DNA of 64,000 nt from positions 158,417,741 through 158,481,740 of the forward strand of contig CM041465.1 in assembly GCA_023213395.1 (NCBI GenBank). Direction: 5' to 3'. Made by a program: the position numbers and the translations under genes. This document shows positions 25,860 through 38,272 of the stretch, one piece after another (position 1 is the first letter of the stretch; every line of letters begins with the position of its first letter). The notes beneath the pieces were generated by a model that was not told where the DNA came from, did no database searches, and saw nothing but the letters and a program-made list of their open reading frames with translations. The DNA is from Cycas panzhihuaensis. Its lineage: Eukaryota; Plantae; Cycadophyta.

Positions 25860-26941
25860 TTTTGATCAAATTGTTAACAAAATACCTTCAAATCAACAGA
25901 AGAGAAGTGCACGTTTTTTTTCACCTTTGAGTTCATGAATAATCCACCTAGTAGTTCACAAATGCTACAAAGTTCCTGGTATGTACTTCATATGATAATT
26001 AAAACATCTAGTTCGTTGAAGCTGCTTTCAACAGGCTTTTTGTCACCCTCTGTGATGTTCCTATAAGCATTTTCTAAAAACCAAACCAAATCCAAAAGTT
26101 CCCCAAGCCTTTAAATTTTCACAGCTCCCATGCTAAAATGAATAATGGTTATCTACTGCAACCTATTCATCTTGCTTCTGATGAGACTCATCTTCACCAA
26201 CAGTTACTTTCGAGTTCAGAACTTTGCAAATCAAACTCTTGGATGCAAAGATATCATACAAACATCTCCTTGTGAAAATAAAATTGATGTTGTTAGGGCT
26301 TTAACCCATTCGACAAATTAGCCCTTGGTCACGAGGGCGTTCCATATGATTACCTGCTGATAGGAAGGGGGCTCCATGAATTCCAAACCAAATCTCAATA
26401 TGAGTTAATCAAATCAAAGCTTTGTAAAATATATATGCCCCAAAATTGAAATGAACCTGCTCTAAGAAGCGAAACTACTGTCTGCTCAAAGCTCCTTGAA
26501 GATTTCTACCCTTGGTTGCCAAACATGGCCCCACAATGGCAAGATCGCGTTGACCTTTGTTGCACTTCTGTGATCTGTTTTGTGAATTTGTGGGGTGTTA
26601 TCGCCCTCACTCACCATGTAGCTAAGCCTTGTTGCGCCTCTTATCACTTGAATTAACGACATGATGACGTATCTTTGATTTATCTTCATCTTCGCTTGCA
26701 CCTTAGTCTTTGTCTTTGATCATTGTCTCTATCCAGAGGGCTACGCCTTCCTCTCAACCTTCATCCTTCAATTCTTGTGTCTATGCAGGGCTACGTGCTT
26801 CTTTGATTTGGTTCCTAGTTCCAGATCATATGCGGATCTCTCCTCGCAGCTCCCTCTAACGATGATCAACTCATGCCTATGAACAATCATTTTCTTCCCA
26901 CGGTTGTTTCATCTCCTGCACGTGGTTGTCTGCTAGTTTAA

Positions 26942-27017
26942 GTTGACTCCCTCTGTGGATTCTCTCCTGCTAGGGCTTTGTTGACTCCCTCTATGGATTC
27001 TCTCATGCTAGGGCTTT
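26942..27017. repeat. 38-bp tandem duplication in the element K leader
   Basis: gttgactccctct(g/a)tggattctctc(c/a)tgctagggcttt x2. Confidence 0.9.
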
Positions 27018-27468
27018 TTCTACAACACCACCCTGCAAAAAAGGAAGATCATGATGCAGGGCGGAAAATATAAAACCAATCATCGGTTGTAGATTGCGCA
27101 GAACTATTTACGAAAGCTCCACTGAACCTAATCACCCACCCAGAGCTTAAGCAAATACGAACATCACTTGTGATTTTTAATGGGAGCAGGATCACACTCA
27201 ATAGACTAGATGAAGAGCAAAAGAATGACATTCAAAATTGTCCTGGCGGATTAAAATTCTTCAATAGAGGTCTCAATAAAATAGGGCATTTCTCCGCAAT
27301 CATCAAAACAGGTGCAAGATTACCTTCTTCACAATCACGAAGTTAACAAGCATGCAATCAGGAGTGCCTTCTTCTCACAGTAGGTATGTTCACAAAAGCG
27401 TTCATACTACTGGCAAATAGTGACACCTCAACGATAGTAAACTAGCAATCCAACCAGCTCTCATATTG

Positions 27469-27766
27469 TGTTAAACAGTAAATTTAATATCACATACGCC
27501 ATGTTAATAACAATGTGTAAACAGAAGAAATATCTTTATTGATCTATCCATAGATGAGAGTACACGTATTTATAATGTATGTCCATCGTATGTTCAACCA
27601 ACTACATGATGGGACTGTTAAGATAACCACCTAGCACACTCATTAATGACATAATTAAATACTCCCTAATACTTGACACATACATCTCTAATATGAACAT
27701 TAGACTATTGAACATTAAACCACTAAACCCTATGGACAAAACTTACATTAAACATTAATTCTAACA
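27469..27766 (-). repeat. Element K 5' LTR
   Basis: Direct repeat of 23617-23912. Confidence 0.92.
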
Positions 27767-27780
27767 AATTGGAGGACATA

Positions 27781-27990
27781 TGTTAAGATGTTAGTGTTTT
27801 ATCCTAAAGATTGTACTTTATGAAACTAAGACGATTGTGTGTCATTGTACCCTCTTTGTATTAGTCGAACACTTGTCACTTATGATGGGCACTTGTCGTC
27901 TTTGTACGAATCAATTATTTTACACTACTTGTATAAATGAGAACATCTCTCTCAAAAAATCAATGAAGAAATGAGTTTTGTTTTCTATCA
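27781..27990 (+). repeat. Copia C 5' LTR
   Basis: Direct repeat of 43425-43636, followed by the PBS. Confidence 0.9.
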
Positions 27991-30900
27991 TTGTATCAGA
28001 GCAGGTTTGATAGACTGAGAAGGAACAACACATCAAGAAGAGAAAATAAAAAGAGATAAGGAGCAGATTGTGAGAAGAGGAGACAAGGAATTAGATTAAG
28101 AAAAAGGAGAAATATTCTAAGTGTCAAACGAGACTATACGACACTATACAGAATAGTACGGGCCTGTACGAACTTTGTCGAAGTGCTCAGAACGTAGTGA
28201 AACATTACTAGCAAATGTGCCTCTGTGAGTACATTCCGCTATCCCAAAGCAAGTTTCTCCGATTCGGCCTCATTAGGTGGGAAAAGGGGAAAAAATAGCA
28301 ACATGGGTTTGAGGAGTCCAGAGTTGATTTCTGTCAGATTTCTCAATCTTAAGGCAAGTAAGTGGTCTCAAAATGATCCTCTAGTCATAAGATTTCTTTC
28401 AAGTACAAGTTTGTTAAATTTGATTGAAAATTTTAGGAGAAATAAGCAAAAAAGGGTTTGAAACCCTAGTCGCCCCTCTGTATTTGATTGGTTTTTTCTG
28501 CCTGTCTGAAAGTCAAATCGAAAATCTGACTTCAGAACCTTGTGTACGGCCTAAATATCTCTAATTTGGGAGAGTTTCATCCAAATCCGTACAATTGTAC
28601 TGTGGCCATACAGGTTGGGACTATAACAGACCTACTTTAAGCTCCAACTTCAGTATTTGGCTTCAAGCTCTTTAAAATGGTTTCAATCTATTCCCTAAGT
28701 GAGTCAGATAAACTGACAGGCACAAATTATGTAGCCTAGAAAATTAAAATGAAAGCTTGGGAATTAATTACTGAAAAGGAAGCTAAATGATTGTTGATGG
28801 AACAACAAAGATTAGCTGGGAAGAGAGGGACAGGCAGGCCCTAGCCATAATCACTTTGTCCATCAGTGATTCTATTCTGACTCACATCAGCAGAACCTCC
28901 ACTTCTATCAGAGCATGGAAAACTCTTGCTTCCCTATTTAGCCAAAAGAATGAAGTTCATATTATATCCTTAAGAGAACAACTTTACCAGTTGTATCTAC
29001 AAGAGGTAGAACAAGTGACTGATTTCATAACCAAGCTAGTAGAAATCAAAGATAACTTAGCCTCAGCTAGAGAAACCATAACAGACGTTGAAATTGTTCA
29101 TTTGATACTAAACAAATTGCCAAAATCCTTTAATAGTTTGGTAAACACTCTTACTATAGGGGGACAAGCTCAAAATATGTCCTTCGATACCTTGTGTGGT
29201 CATTTGCTTCAACAGAAATAAAGGACTCATAGATATGAAGAGGGAGCAGATGTTGAAGAAGCCTTTATTTCAAAGCTTAGAATTAGCGAAAGAGGGGGAC
29301 GAAGTAGCAGAAGATCATTTGTGGCCAGAAGCAGCAGAAGAAGACCCTTCAGAGGAAGAGGAAGGTCACTCGACACTCGGATATGCTACCAATGTGGTAA
29401 AACAAGTCATATTGCAATTGATTATAGATCTATAAATAGCCGCCCATGCTATTATTGTGGAAGATATAGACATCTCTCCAGCAACTGCTTTTACAAGAGG
29501 TCTGATATTTCCAAAGGGAAATGCGTTGAAGGAAACTACAGTAAAGAATAGTCAAGGGATAATGATGATGAAGAAATTGCCTTTGTGGCTGCTCCAGTTT
29601 CATCTATACAACACAATGAGAACTGGTTCATCGACTCAAGTGCATCTAATCATATGACAGTTAGAAAGTAAGAGTTTGAATCTCTGCAGCCATACATAGC
29701 TAACAAAACTGTAGAACTAGGGGATAATCATCCTCTAGAAATCAAAGGAAAAGGAACTATAGGAGTTCAAATTGAGAATGAAATTAAAAAAAATGGGAAT
29801 GTTTTGTTTGTACCTAGCATGAAGAAGAATCTCCTCTTAGTATGACAACTGAGGAAGAAAAAACTCCATGTGATCTTTCATGAGAATGGTAAATATTATA
29901 TTCTCGATATGAATAAGAGTAGTTAGGTTATTATTGAAGGAATAGAAACCAACAATCTCTATAAGTTGGTTTCAACTCCTATCATTTCTTTTGTAAAAGC
30001 TTTTACTATCCAAGATAATAATAATCGAATCTAGCATTTTCGCTATGGGCATATTTCTAATGATAGAATAAATTTACTAAAAAATTCCAAGATGGTTGAT
30101 GGACCGCATAGTAATCTTTCAATGAATGTTTGTGTTCGCAAATGTTGCAATATAGGAAAACATCACAAAACGCCATTTCAAGAAAGCACTTGGAAAGCAA
30201 ATGAGAAACTAGAACTAATTCATAGTGATGTATGTAGACCTATTACACCCAACTTAGTAAATCGCGCTAGGTATTTTCTCACTTTTATAGATGATTTTAC
30301 CAAAAAATCATGGGTTTATTTTATCTTTAGCAAATCTGAAGCCCTTGATTGTTTTAAAGAATTTAAAGCCCAAGTAGAACTTGAAAGTTGACACAAAATA
30401 AAAATGTTGAGAACTGATGGAGGTGGAGAATATGTGTCAAATGATTTCACAAATTTTTGCAAGGGTCATGGCATTCGCAGGCAAATAACAACTCTTTATA
30501 CACCCCAGACAAATGGAGTTGTAGAAAGGTTAAACAGAACGCTAACTAAGATGGCTTGATGCATGTTGAAGGGTAAAAGTGTATCAAACATATATTGGGT
30601 TAAAGCCATCAATACTGTTGTCTATCTGTCAAATAGATGTCTACAAAGGCTCTTGATAAAGTCACTCTGGAAGAAGCCTAGATAGGTATAAAGCCAAATG
30701 TAAGTCACTTAAGAACTTTTGGTTGTAATGCATATGTACATGTTCCGACTCAGAAAAGAAACAAATTGGATGATAAAAGCATTGGATGCATTCTAGTTGG
30801 ATATAATATAAAATCAAACGCATATTGATGCATTGACACCAAAGCAAAAAGGTTGTATGTAAGTAGAGATGTAGCCTTCAATGAAGGTGTCTCGACAAAT

Positions 30901-31268
30901 AAAGATATTGATTCTTCACAAGAAAATACAATAGTAGAGGAAAATGTACAATCTATTGTAAGCTCTGGTAAGGAAGGATCAGAAGAAACAAAAGACTCGA
31001 CTTCTCAAGAAGAAACAGAAGAGTCAAACTCTCAAGAAGAAACAGAAGAAGAAGGGCAAGGAAACACTTCAGAAAGAAGGTTACCTAAATGGTACCTAAA
31101 AACAATTGAAGAATCAAAAGGAGATATATTCAAACATAGAACTGTTAGAGAAAAAGCACTTTCACAATGGGAGGTGAATGAGTACTCCAGATGAATTGCA
31201 TTACAATGAGAGTTTGTGCATACTTATACAGAGAGTCACTAACATAAATAGAGTTAGGGTTAGTGACT

Positions 31269-31820
31269 TGTGAAAAGAGGCTAGATGGCCTCAACAGTCC
31301 CTAGATCTAGAAACTAGCATCACTCTAGTTCTAGTTGCAGAAATATAAACAAGTATAATAAACTCAAGGCAAAGAGAAAGCAAAGAGACAAAACTTGAAT
31401 GAAGGAGCAAGAGAAAATGATACCCAATATGTGGAGTTGGAATTGGTCCAACCTCCCAAGAAGAAACAGTTTGATTAGCAAACCGATAGCATAACAATAC
31501 AGCTCCAACTCTTGTGTGAGACAATGAGGAGAGGTCTCATTATATAGAGTGAAATGAGAGACCTAAGGCCTTGGATGTTTGACAAGTGTCAAACATCCAA
31601 GATACATGCCTTGCATGTTGGACATGTGTCCTTTGGGCTCTCATGTGAGCAAAAGTGCATGAGGGTCCATTTGACCCTTTAGTGACAACGTTGTGTCACT
31701 AGAAAGAATGTGGGTGTGCACTTTATCACTTAAGTGATAAGTCACCCCTAAAGTAAAAAGTGCATATATTACATGAAAAATAAAGTACATAATCTTAACA
31801 TTTAAACATAAGGTTTAACA
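31269..31820 (-). repeat. Copia E 3' LTR
   Basis: Direct repeat of 37720-38272. Confidence 0.95.
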
Positions 31821-34800
31821 CCCCTTTCATTTACAATGTTAAGTCGACACCAAGACCATCTCTGAATTTTACAAACTTTTCTCTACCAAGAGGCTTGGTA
31901 AAGATGTCATTGTCCGCTCCTCCTAGGTCTGTATTGGAGGTTGATCTCACCATTCTGAACATGTTCTCTGATGAAGTGATGGTGAACCTCGATATGTTTT
32001 GTCCGCACATGAAAGACTGGATTCTTAGCTAACTTGAGCACACTTTGATTGTCGCAATGTATCCTGGTGGGGTGACCCTGCTCAAGTCCAAGTTCCCCAA
32101 GAATCCGTCGTAGCCAAATAGCCTCTCACAAGTCACCGACTACAACTTTGTACTCTGCCTTTGGAGGACAAGGTAACATTGGGTTGCTTCTTGCAACTCC
32201 ACGAAACAATCAATGAACCAAGGGAAAAACAGTATCACGAGGTTGATCTCCTGCTATCTTGGCAACCTGCCCAATCAGAATCTGATAACCCTTCCAGAGT
32301 GAAGTTCTCACTATGTGCATACTCAAGGCCACGTTGTAATGTGCCTTTGATGTACTTAAGTATACGTTTGGCTGCATTCGATGTATCCGATTGGGTTGAG
32401 ACATGTAACGTGAACAAATCCCAACAAAGAAATGAAATATCCGCCGAGTGTTGGTGAGATAAATGAGACTCCCAATCAAGCTGGGTAAAGTGTGGGATCT
32501 GCTAGTGCAGCTTCCTCATTGAGAGTAAGCTTAGATCCATTCTCCATAGGTGTAGGCGTTGTTTTACAGTCGTGCATCCCGAATCACGCAAAATGTCCCA
32601 AGAATATTTCGCTTGGGAGATAAAGATATAGCTTTGGTATTGCCATATCTCAAAGCCTAAAAATAATGGAGAAGTCCAAGATCCGTCATCTCAAAACTTC
32701 TCTTCAAATCATCTTGGAGAATATGAATCATCTTAGTGTCACTACCAAAGGATCACTAAGTCATCTACATACAAGGCAACAAAAATCACATGGTTTTTCC
32801 ATTTTTTATATCTGATTAGGATCAAGTAGATCGATGAAACCCATGTCTCAAAAGTAGTCATCGATCTTCGAGTACCATGCCCTTGGAGCTTGCTTCAAGC
32901 CATATAACGCCTTTTTTAGGCGATATACAAGATGCTCCTTGCCTTGTACTTTGTATCCGGGAGGTTGCTCCAAATACACCTCCTCCTGAAGATCGCCATT
33001 AAGAAAGGCGCTCTTCACGTCCATCTGATAAACAGGCCATTTGCATTGAGCAGCTAAGGCCAAGAGAAGTCTGATGGTATTCATATTCGCCACTAGTGCA
33101 AAAGTTTCTTCATAATCTATGCCTTCTTTTTGTTTAAAACCTTTTGCGACAAGGCGTGCTTTCTGCCTTTTAAGTGAACCATCAGAATGGAATTTGGTCT
33201 TGTAGACCCATTTGCAACTGATTCCCTGTTTGTGTTTAGGCAATTCAACCAAATTCCAAGTACCATTCTTTTCAATAGAATGGATTTCTTCATCCATGGC
33301 AGCCTTCCAATTTTCATTTTAGAAGCCTCCTCAAAAGTGGAAGGCTCATCAACACAAAGCACTTCAGCCATAAGTGCATAATTGGTTTGCTGCGGATATT
33401 TAGATGGACGTTTTCCTTCAATGATGTGACCGTCCTGAACTGTTTGTGTGTACCATTTGGGTAACTTTTGAATTGAAGTTACTTGAACCTCAATATCTTC
33501 TGGTGTAAGTGGTTGGTCAATAGAAGATGTGCTTGGATCAAGTGGAGCAAATTCGATTGAAGTAGACGGTCCACATGGTGCGTATGATGAACATGGTGTA
33601 GAGGATTGAGAGGAAGGAAGGCCTCAACAATCTTCTTGCCTTTGTCAATGGGAGGTTGCATGGATCTTTGTTTGCACCTCCTAGTGATCTTCTTCAAGAA
33701 AGATGACATCTCTTGAGAGATGCATTTTCTTCCTATAGGATCATACAACTTGTAGGCTTTCTTGAATGGCATAACCTACAAAGATGCATTTTAGACTATG
33801 CTTGTCTAATTTCTTCCTTTGCCGATCGGGAATGTGCATATAAGCGGTGCACCCAAAAGTCCTTGAATGGTGACAATAGGCTTTTGCCGCACCATGCCTC
33901 CTCGGGTGTCATGTTGGTGACTTGTAGTAGGGCTGCGATTGGCCACATAGGCGGTGTGTGAAATGCTTCCTTGATGGCTCGAGTGAGTCCTTGTGCATGC
34001 ATCATAGCTTTGGCTTTATTGGCCAAAGTTCTTCATCCGCTCGGAGACTCCATTTTGTTGAGGAGTGTGAGGTATCGTCGGTTGTCTCGAATGCCGTTAT
34101 CCTTTGCGATTGGGTGAATTCATTTGATGTAAATTCACCTCCATTGTCTGTCCTGAATGTTTTGATTGAATGGCCAGACTCATTTTCCACTTCAAGTTTG
34201 AATTCTTTGAACTTGGAAAATGCTTCAGATTTGTGTTTGATGAAATAAACCCAAACTTTGTGAGAAAAATCATCAATGAAGGAGATATAATACAAAGCTC
34301 CTCCAAAAGATGATGTGGACATAGGTCCACACAAATCCGAATGTACTAGCTGCAGAGGATGTGATGCACGCCACGCTTTGCCTTTAGGGAAAGGCAAGCG
34401 ATGCTGAGTTCCCATAATGCACGCTTCGCAAAGACATTTCGTTCCATAAATCTTAGGAAGCCCATGTACCATGTTCTTGTTGATCATCTACCTCAAATTG
34501 TCTAAGCTCAAATGGCCTAGACGTTGATGCCAAAGTTGCATCTTGGACAAGTAAGGAGTGACAATGGAACAGGAGTAAGCAGAATCAAGTGTTATATTAT
34601 TTGCATCCATCTTGTAGAGGCCTTGATCCTCATAGCCAACAACTACTACTTGGTCTTCTTTGTCACTAATTATACATTTCCCGTTTTGGAACAATGTACT
34701 CATCATTGCTTGTCAAGCGGCTATGAGATAGTAAATTTTTGTCCATTGAAGGTATTAAATAGGCATTGCCATCGGAAATGTGGAGGAAGGATTTGATGAA

Positions 34801-36030
34801 GAAAAAATGGAGTTATTGTGCCTACTCCGTAAATTTTGGTAGATTGATTATTCCCAAAGGTCACCGATTGACCTTTGCCTTCCTTGATGTTGGTGAGGAG
34901 CTCTTCACTTCCGTCATGTGTTGTGAAGCTCTAGAATCAATAATCCAAGTTTCATCAACCTTGGATGTCCGATATGCACAAAAGCAGTTTGTCTTCATCT
35001 CAGATCGATTAGAGTGGCGTTGATTGCCACCTCAAGCCCCTTCCTCTTTGACCTCCTCGATAGGCACCTCGATTTGGTCGAGGGGTTGTTGTATTCTTCT
35101 TTGTTGAAACGCCGCCGTACTCGACGTGGCCGTCTTTGTCATCACTTCTTGGTGTGGTCATTCTTTGTTGTTGGCCTTTGTTAGGCGTGGCTGCTGCTGC
35201 TGTTGTTGGCGTAGATCTGCTTGCTTTTTCCGACACTCAGGTGCGATGTGGCCAGGTTTGCCACAATAATGACATACAACATTGGTCCTTGAAGACCCAA
35301 TGTTCATGTTCCCAAACTGCTTTGAAAGTGCAGGTTTGGGTTGCTGTTTGGCCTTTGAATTGGCCGTGAATGCACCTGATGTAGATGGTCCCTCCTCATT
35401 ATCCTTAGTGTAGATTTGTTCTTCTTGAAGTAGCAGACTTTCAAATTCATTGAATGTCATAGTTTTGAGGGAACCATCTCTTGTAGTAGATGAAATAAAG
35501 CCATTGTAGTCTTTTGGTAAGGCTTTGGTGATGGATGTGATCAATTCATCCCTCGTTGCTGGACTTCCAAGTGTATTCAGTTCATTACATACCTCCTTGA
35601 TGGAGGAAAGAAAAGCCGACATGGGCTTGATAAACTTAATAGAATACAATTTTGCTTTAACCATTAAAATGCGAGCTTGATCTCGTCTTTCATACAATGA
35701 GGACAAAGTGTCCCAAGCTTCCTTAGAAGTGTTAGCACCAAAGAATATTCTGATCTACATGTACATCAACAATCATGTGAAGGAATGCCAAAACAATTTC
35801 ATCTTTGGCTTCCCAAGCAGCAAGCAAAGCATCATCAGGTTGCACAGTAATATTCCCATTGGTAGCAGTCTTTGGTCGAGGTAATCTCCCGAAACATAAC
35901 TCCAAAATTGCTCATGATTAGCAAGTTACGAGTGAGTCTCTTCCATTCTTGAGAACTATCTTGTCCTGTTAACCGAATAGTGCATGCATTTAGCATGTTT
36001 ATGGCAGCCATGTTTCGGTTTATAAACACT

Positions 36031-36410
36031 TGAAGCTAGCAGATAACTTGGAAACTCAAAGCTTTAGGCTTAAGTTCCACCTTCTAACAAAACCAACAGT
36101 CATGATCTTACTAGAAGATCCAACAACTGAATGGAATGATGAGGGGTGGAGGACTAGGCTATAGAGTTGGTGCAACTTGATCTTATAGAGAAGATCCAAA
36201 TGTTGGCCAAGTTAAATCTAGGACAACGCAGGTAGGGTTGATCTGCATGGACGTACCATGCTTTCCCTGGGATTCACAGCCCCAATAACACCCTTTTCGA
36301 ACCTCCTTTCCCTCAAGCAACCTTAATTGTCGGCACCCGACTGCAGTCGGTTGGTCCCCTAGCGAATGCACCAAGCTTAAGGTTAATTTAGAGGCAAGGT
36401 TTGAACCTTT
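36031..36410 (-). promoter_or_regulatory. Conserved structured RNA element directly upstream of the Copia E gag AUG
   Basis: Closely matches 52179-52560 of Copia G; several stems visible by eye, one of them covarying. Confidence 0.55.
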
Positions 36411-37138
36411 TCGAGCCTCTCCAGCAGTTTTAAGTCACTTTTTAGCGATTTTAAAGTGAACTTAGGTTTCTTTTTGCTTGGAAAATGTACTTATGAAAAT
36501 GCTTTGATTTAAGCTTTACAATAAGAGTGGCTTCAAGAGGAAGCAATGTAAGTACATGTATATGAACACTTGTAGTGTTTTTTACAATGAGCACTTTAAT
36601 GAAAATGTAGTGCTATGTTGATCCAAGTAAGAAACCAAATGCTTGATTACAATAAGTTTTGCAAGGTACTTTTTGAAAAAAAAGCTCAAGTACTGAAAGA
36701 AGTAATGCAAAACTTGTGATGAAGATACAAGTGGGTTCCTTTTAATGTTGAACAAATGAGGGTAAGAGAGCCACTTGCATGAAAAATGACATCAAGCACC
36801 AAGTGTTGGGACTTTAAATTAGTCCCAACGATAAAAAAAAGTGATTTTTATTAAGTATTTGAGCCCTCTTTGAGACTAAGGGCAATAGGTCACCATGCAA
36901 GGTGCCTTAAAAGTGTTTTAAAATTTAGTGATGAGTATCACTTTTTGATTAAAAAAACACTTAAAATCACTTAATTAACACTTGTTCAAACAATAACTAA
37001 GTGTAAAACTTTTAAGAGCCAAAACATAGGCTGAAATTTGAAAATTTTTTGCAATTTGCCCACTAAGGGTTCTTTGAGGTCGAGGAATGCGCTGACTAGT
37101 GCAAAACAATCCTTGATCGAGGAATGGGGCCCACAAAT

Positions 37139-37455
37139 TGGCTGAAACAGCTTTTGATTGGTCGAAATGCTTTTGACTGGCTAGAAACAGCACTTTTTCT
37201 GGCTGAAAACAGTGTTTTTGCTGGCTGAAAACAGCGCTTTTGATGGCTGAAAAACAGCGCTTTTGATGGCTGGAAATGCGTTTTGATCGGCTGAAACAGC
37301 TTTCTTGGAAAACAGCGCTTTTGCTGGCTGAAAACAACGCTTTTAATTGGCTGGAAACAGCGCTTTTGACGGCTGAAAACAACACTTTTGATTGGCTGGA
37401 AACAACGCTTTTGGCCGCAAGCAGCTTTTCGGCTGAAAACAGTGCTTTGGCTGAA
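37139..37455. repeat. Minisatellite of about 15 x ~22 bp (GGCTGAAAACAGCGCTTTTGAT) in the Copia E 5' UTR
   Basis: Tandem units read directly; flanked by the direct repeat GGGGCCCACA at 37126 and 37459. Confidence 0.9.
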
Positions 37456-37719
37456 TGTGGGGCCCACACTGGCCGCCAGAACTAAAAAAAGCGACCTTCT
37501 TCCCCACAGTTTCAAAGATTTTTCACCAACATAACTCCAGCCTTTAAAAAAAAAGGCTCCAAAATGCTTGAACCTGCAAAAAAAAACCTTCAAACAAACC
37601 TTGGATCACCTTCAGAGTGCGAAGGTCGTTACCAAGGGTTTGTTGCTTTCTTCAAAGAACTCCTTGAGCAGCTGCAAAAGCGATGCAGGGAGCTAGTCTC
37701 CTCTTGCTCTGATACCAAA

Positions 37720-38272
37720 TGTGAAAAGAGGCTAGATGGCCTCAGCAATCCCTAGATCCAGAAACTAGCATCACTCTAGTTCTAGTTGCAGAAATATAAA
37801 CAAGTATAATAAACTCAAGGCAAAGAGAAAGCAAAGAGACAAAACTTGAATGAAGGAGCAAGAGAAAATGATACCCAATATGTGGAGTTGGAATTGGTCC
37901 AACCTCCCAAGAAGAAACAGTTTGATTAGCAACCGATAGCATAACAATCTGACTCCAACTCTTGTGTGAGACAATGAGGAGAGGTCTCATTATATAGAGT
38001 GAAATGAGAGACCTAAGGCCTTGGATGTTTGACAAGTGTCAAACATCCAAGATACATGCCTTGCATGTTGGACATGTGTCCTTTTGGGCTCTCATGTGAG
38101 CAAAAGTGCATGAGGGTCCATTTAACCCTTTAGTGACAACGTTGTGTCACTAGAAAGAATGTGGGTGTGCACTTTATCACTTAAGTGATAAGTCACCCCT
38201 AAAATAAAAAGTGCATATATTACATGAAAAATAAAAGTACATTAACTTAACATTTAAACATAAGGTTTAACA
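37720..38272 (-). repeat. Copia E 5' LTR
   Basis: Direct repeat of 31269-31820, next to the Met PBS. Confidence 0.95.

Larger units (their letters stand above)
23617..27766 (-). mobile_element. Element K: non-autonomous (pol-less) LTR retrotransposon with a Gag-fusion ORF and mosaic leader
   Basis: LTRs 23617-23912 and 27469-27766; perfect TSD AATTG; PPT complement tcccctttt 23913-23921; decayed Met PBS gctctcatattg 27457-27468; no RT or IN motifs. Confidence 0.92.
31269..38272 (-). mobile_element. Copia E, young full-length element nested in the Copia D LTR
   Basis: Near-identical LTRs 31269-31820 and 37720-38272; perfect TSD TGACT; PBS gctctgatacca 37706-37717; PPT 31821; gag ATG 36011, zinc knuckle CHYCGKPGHIAPEC, IN, RT and RNase H down to ~31830; many small indels. 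Confidence 0.95.

Noticed and set aside
31291-31524. Hydrophobic ORFs in the Copia E LTRs (also 37742-38035) as env-like or membrane proteins
   Set aside because: They are translations of T-rich LTR R/U5 sequence, are frameshifted between the two LTRs, and are not conserved as ORFs in the G LTRs.
37139-37455. CRISPR-like array, and ORFs 36975-37469 and 37096-37593
   Set aside because: The units are contiguous with no unique spacers, there are no cas genes, and the context is a eukaryotic TE. The ORFs are by-products of the minisatellite.
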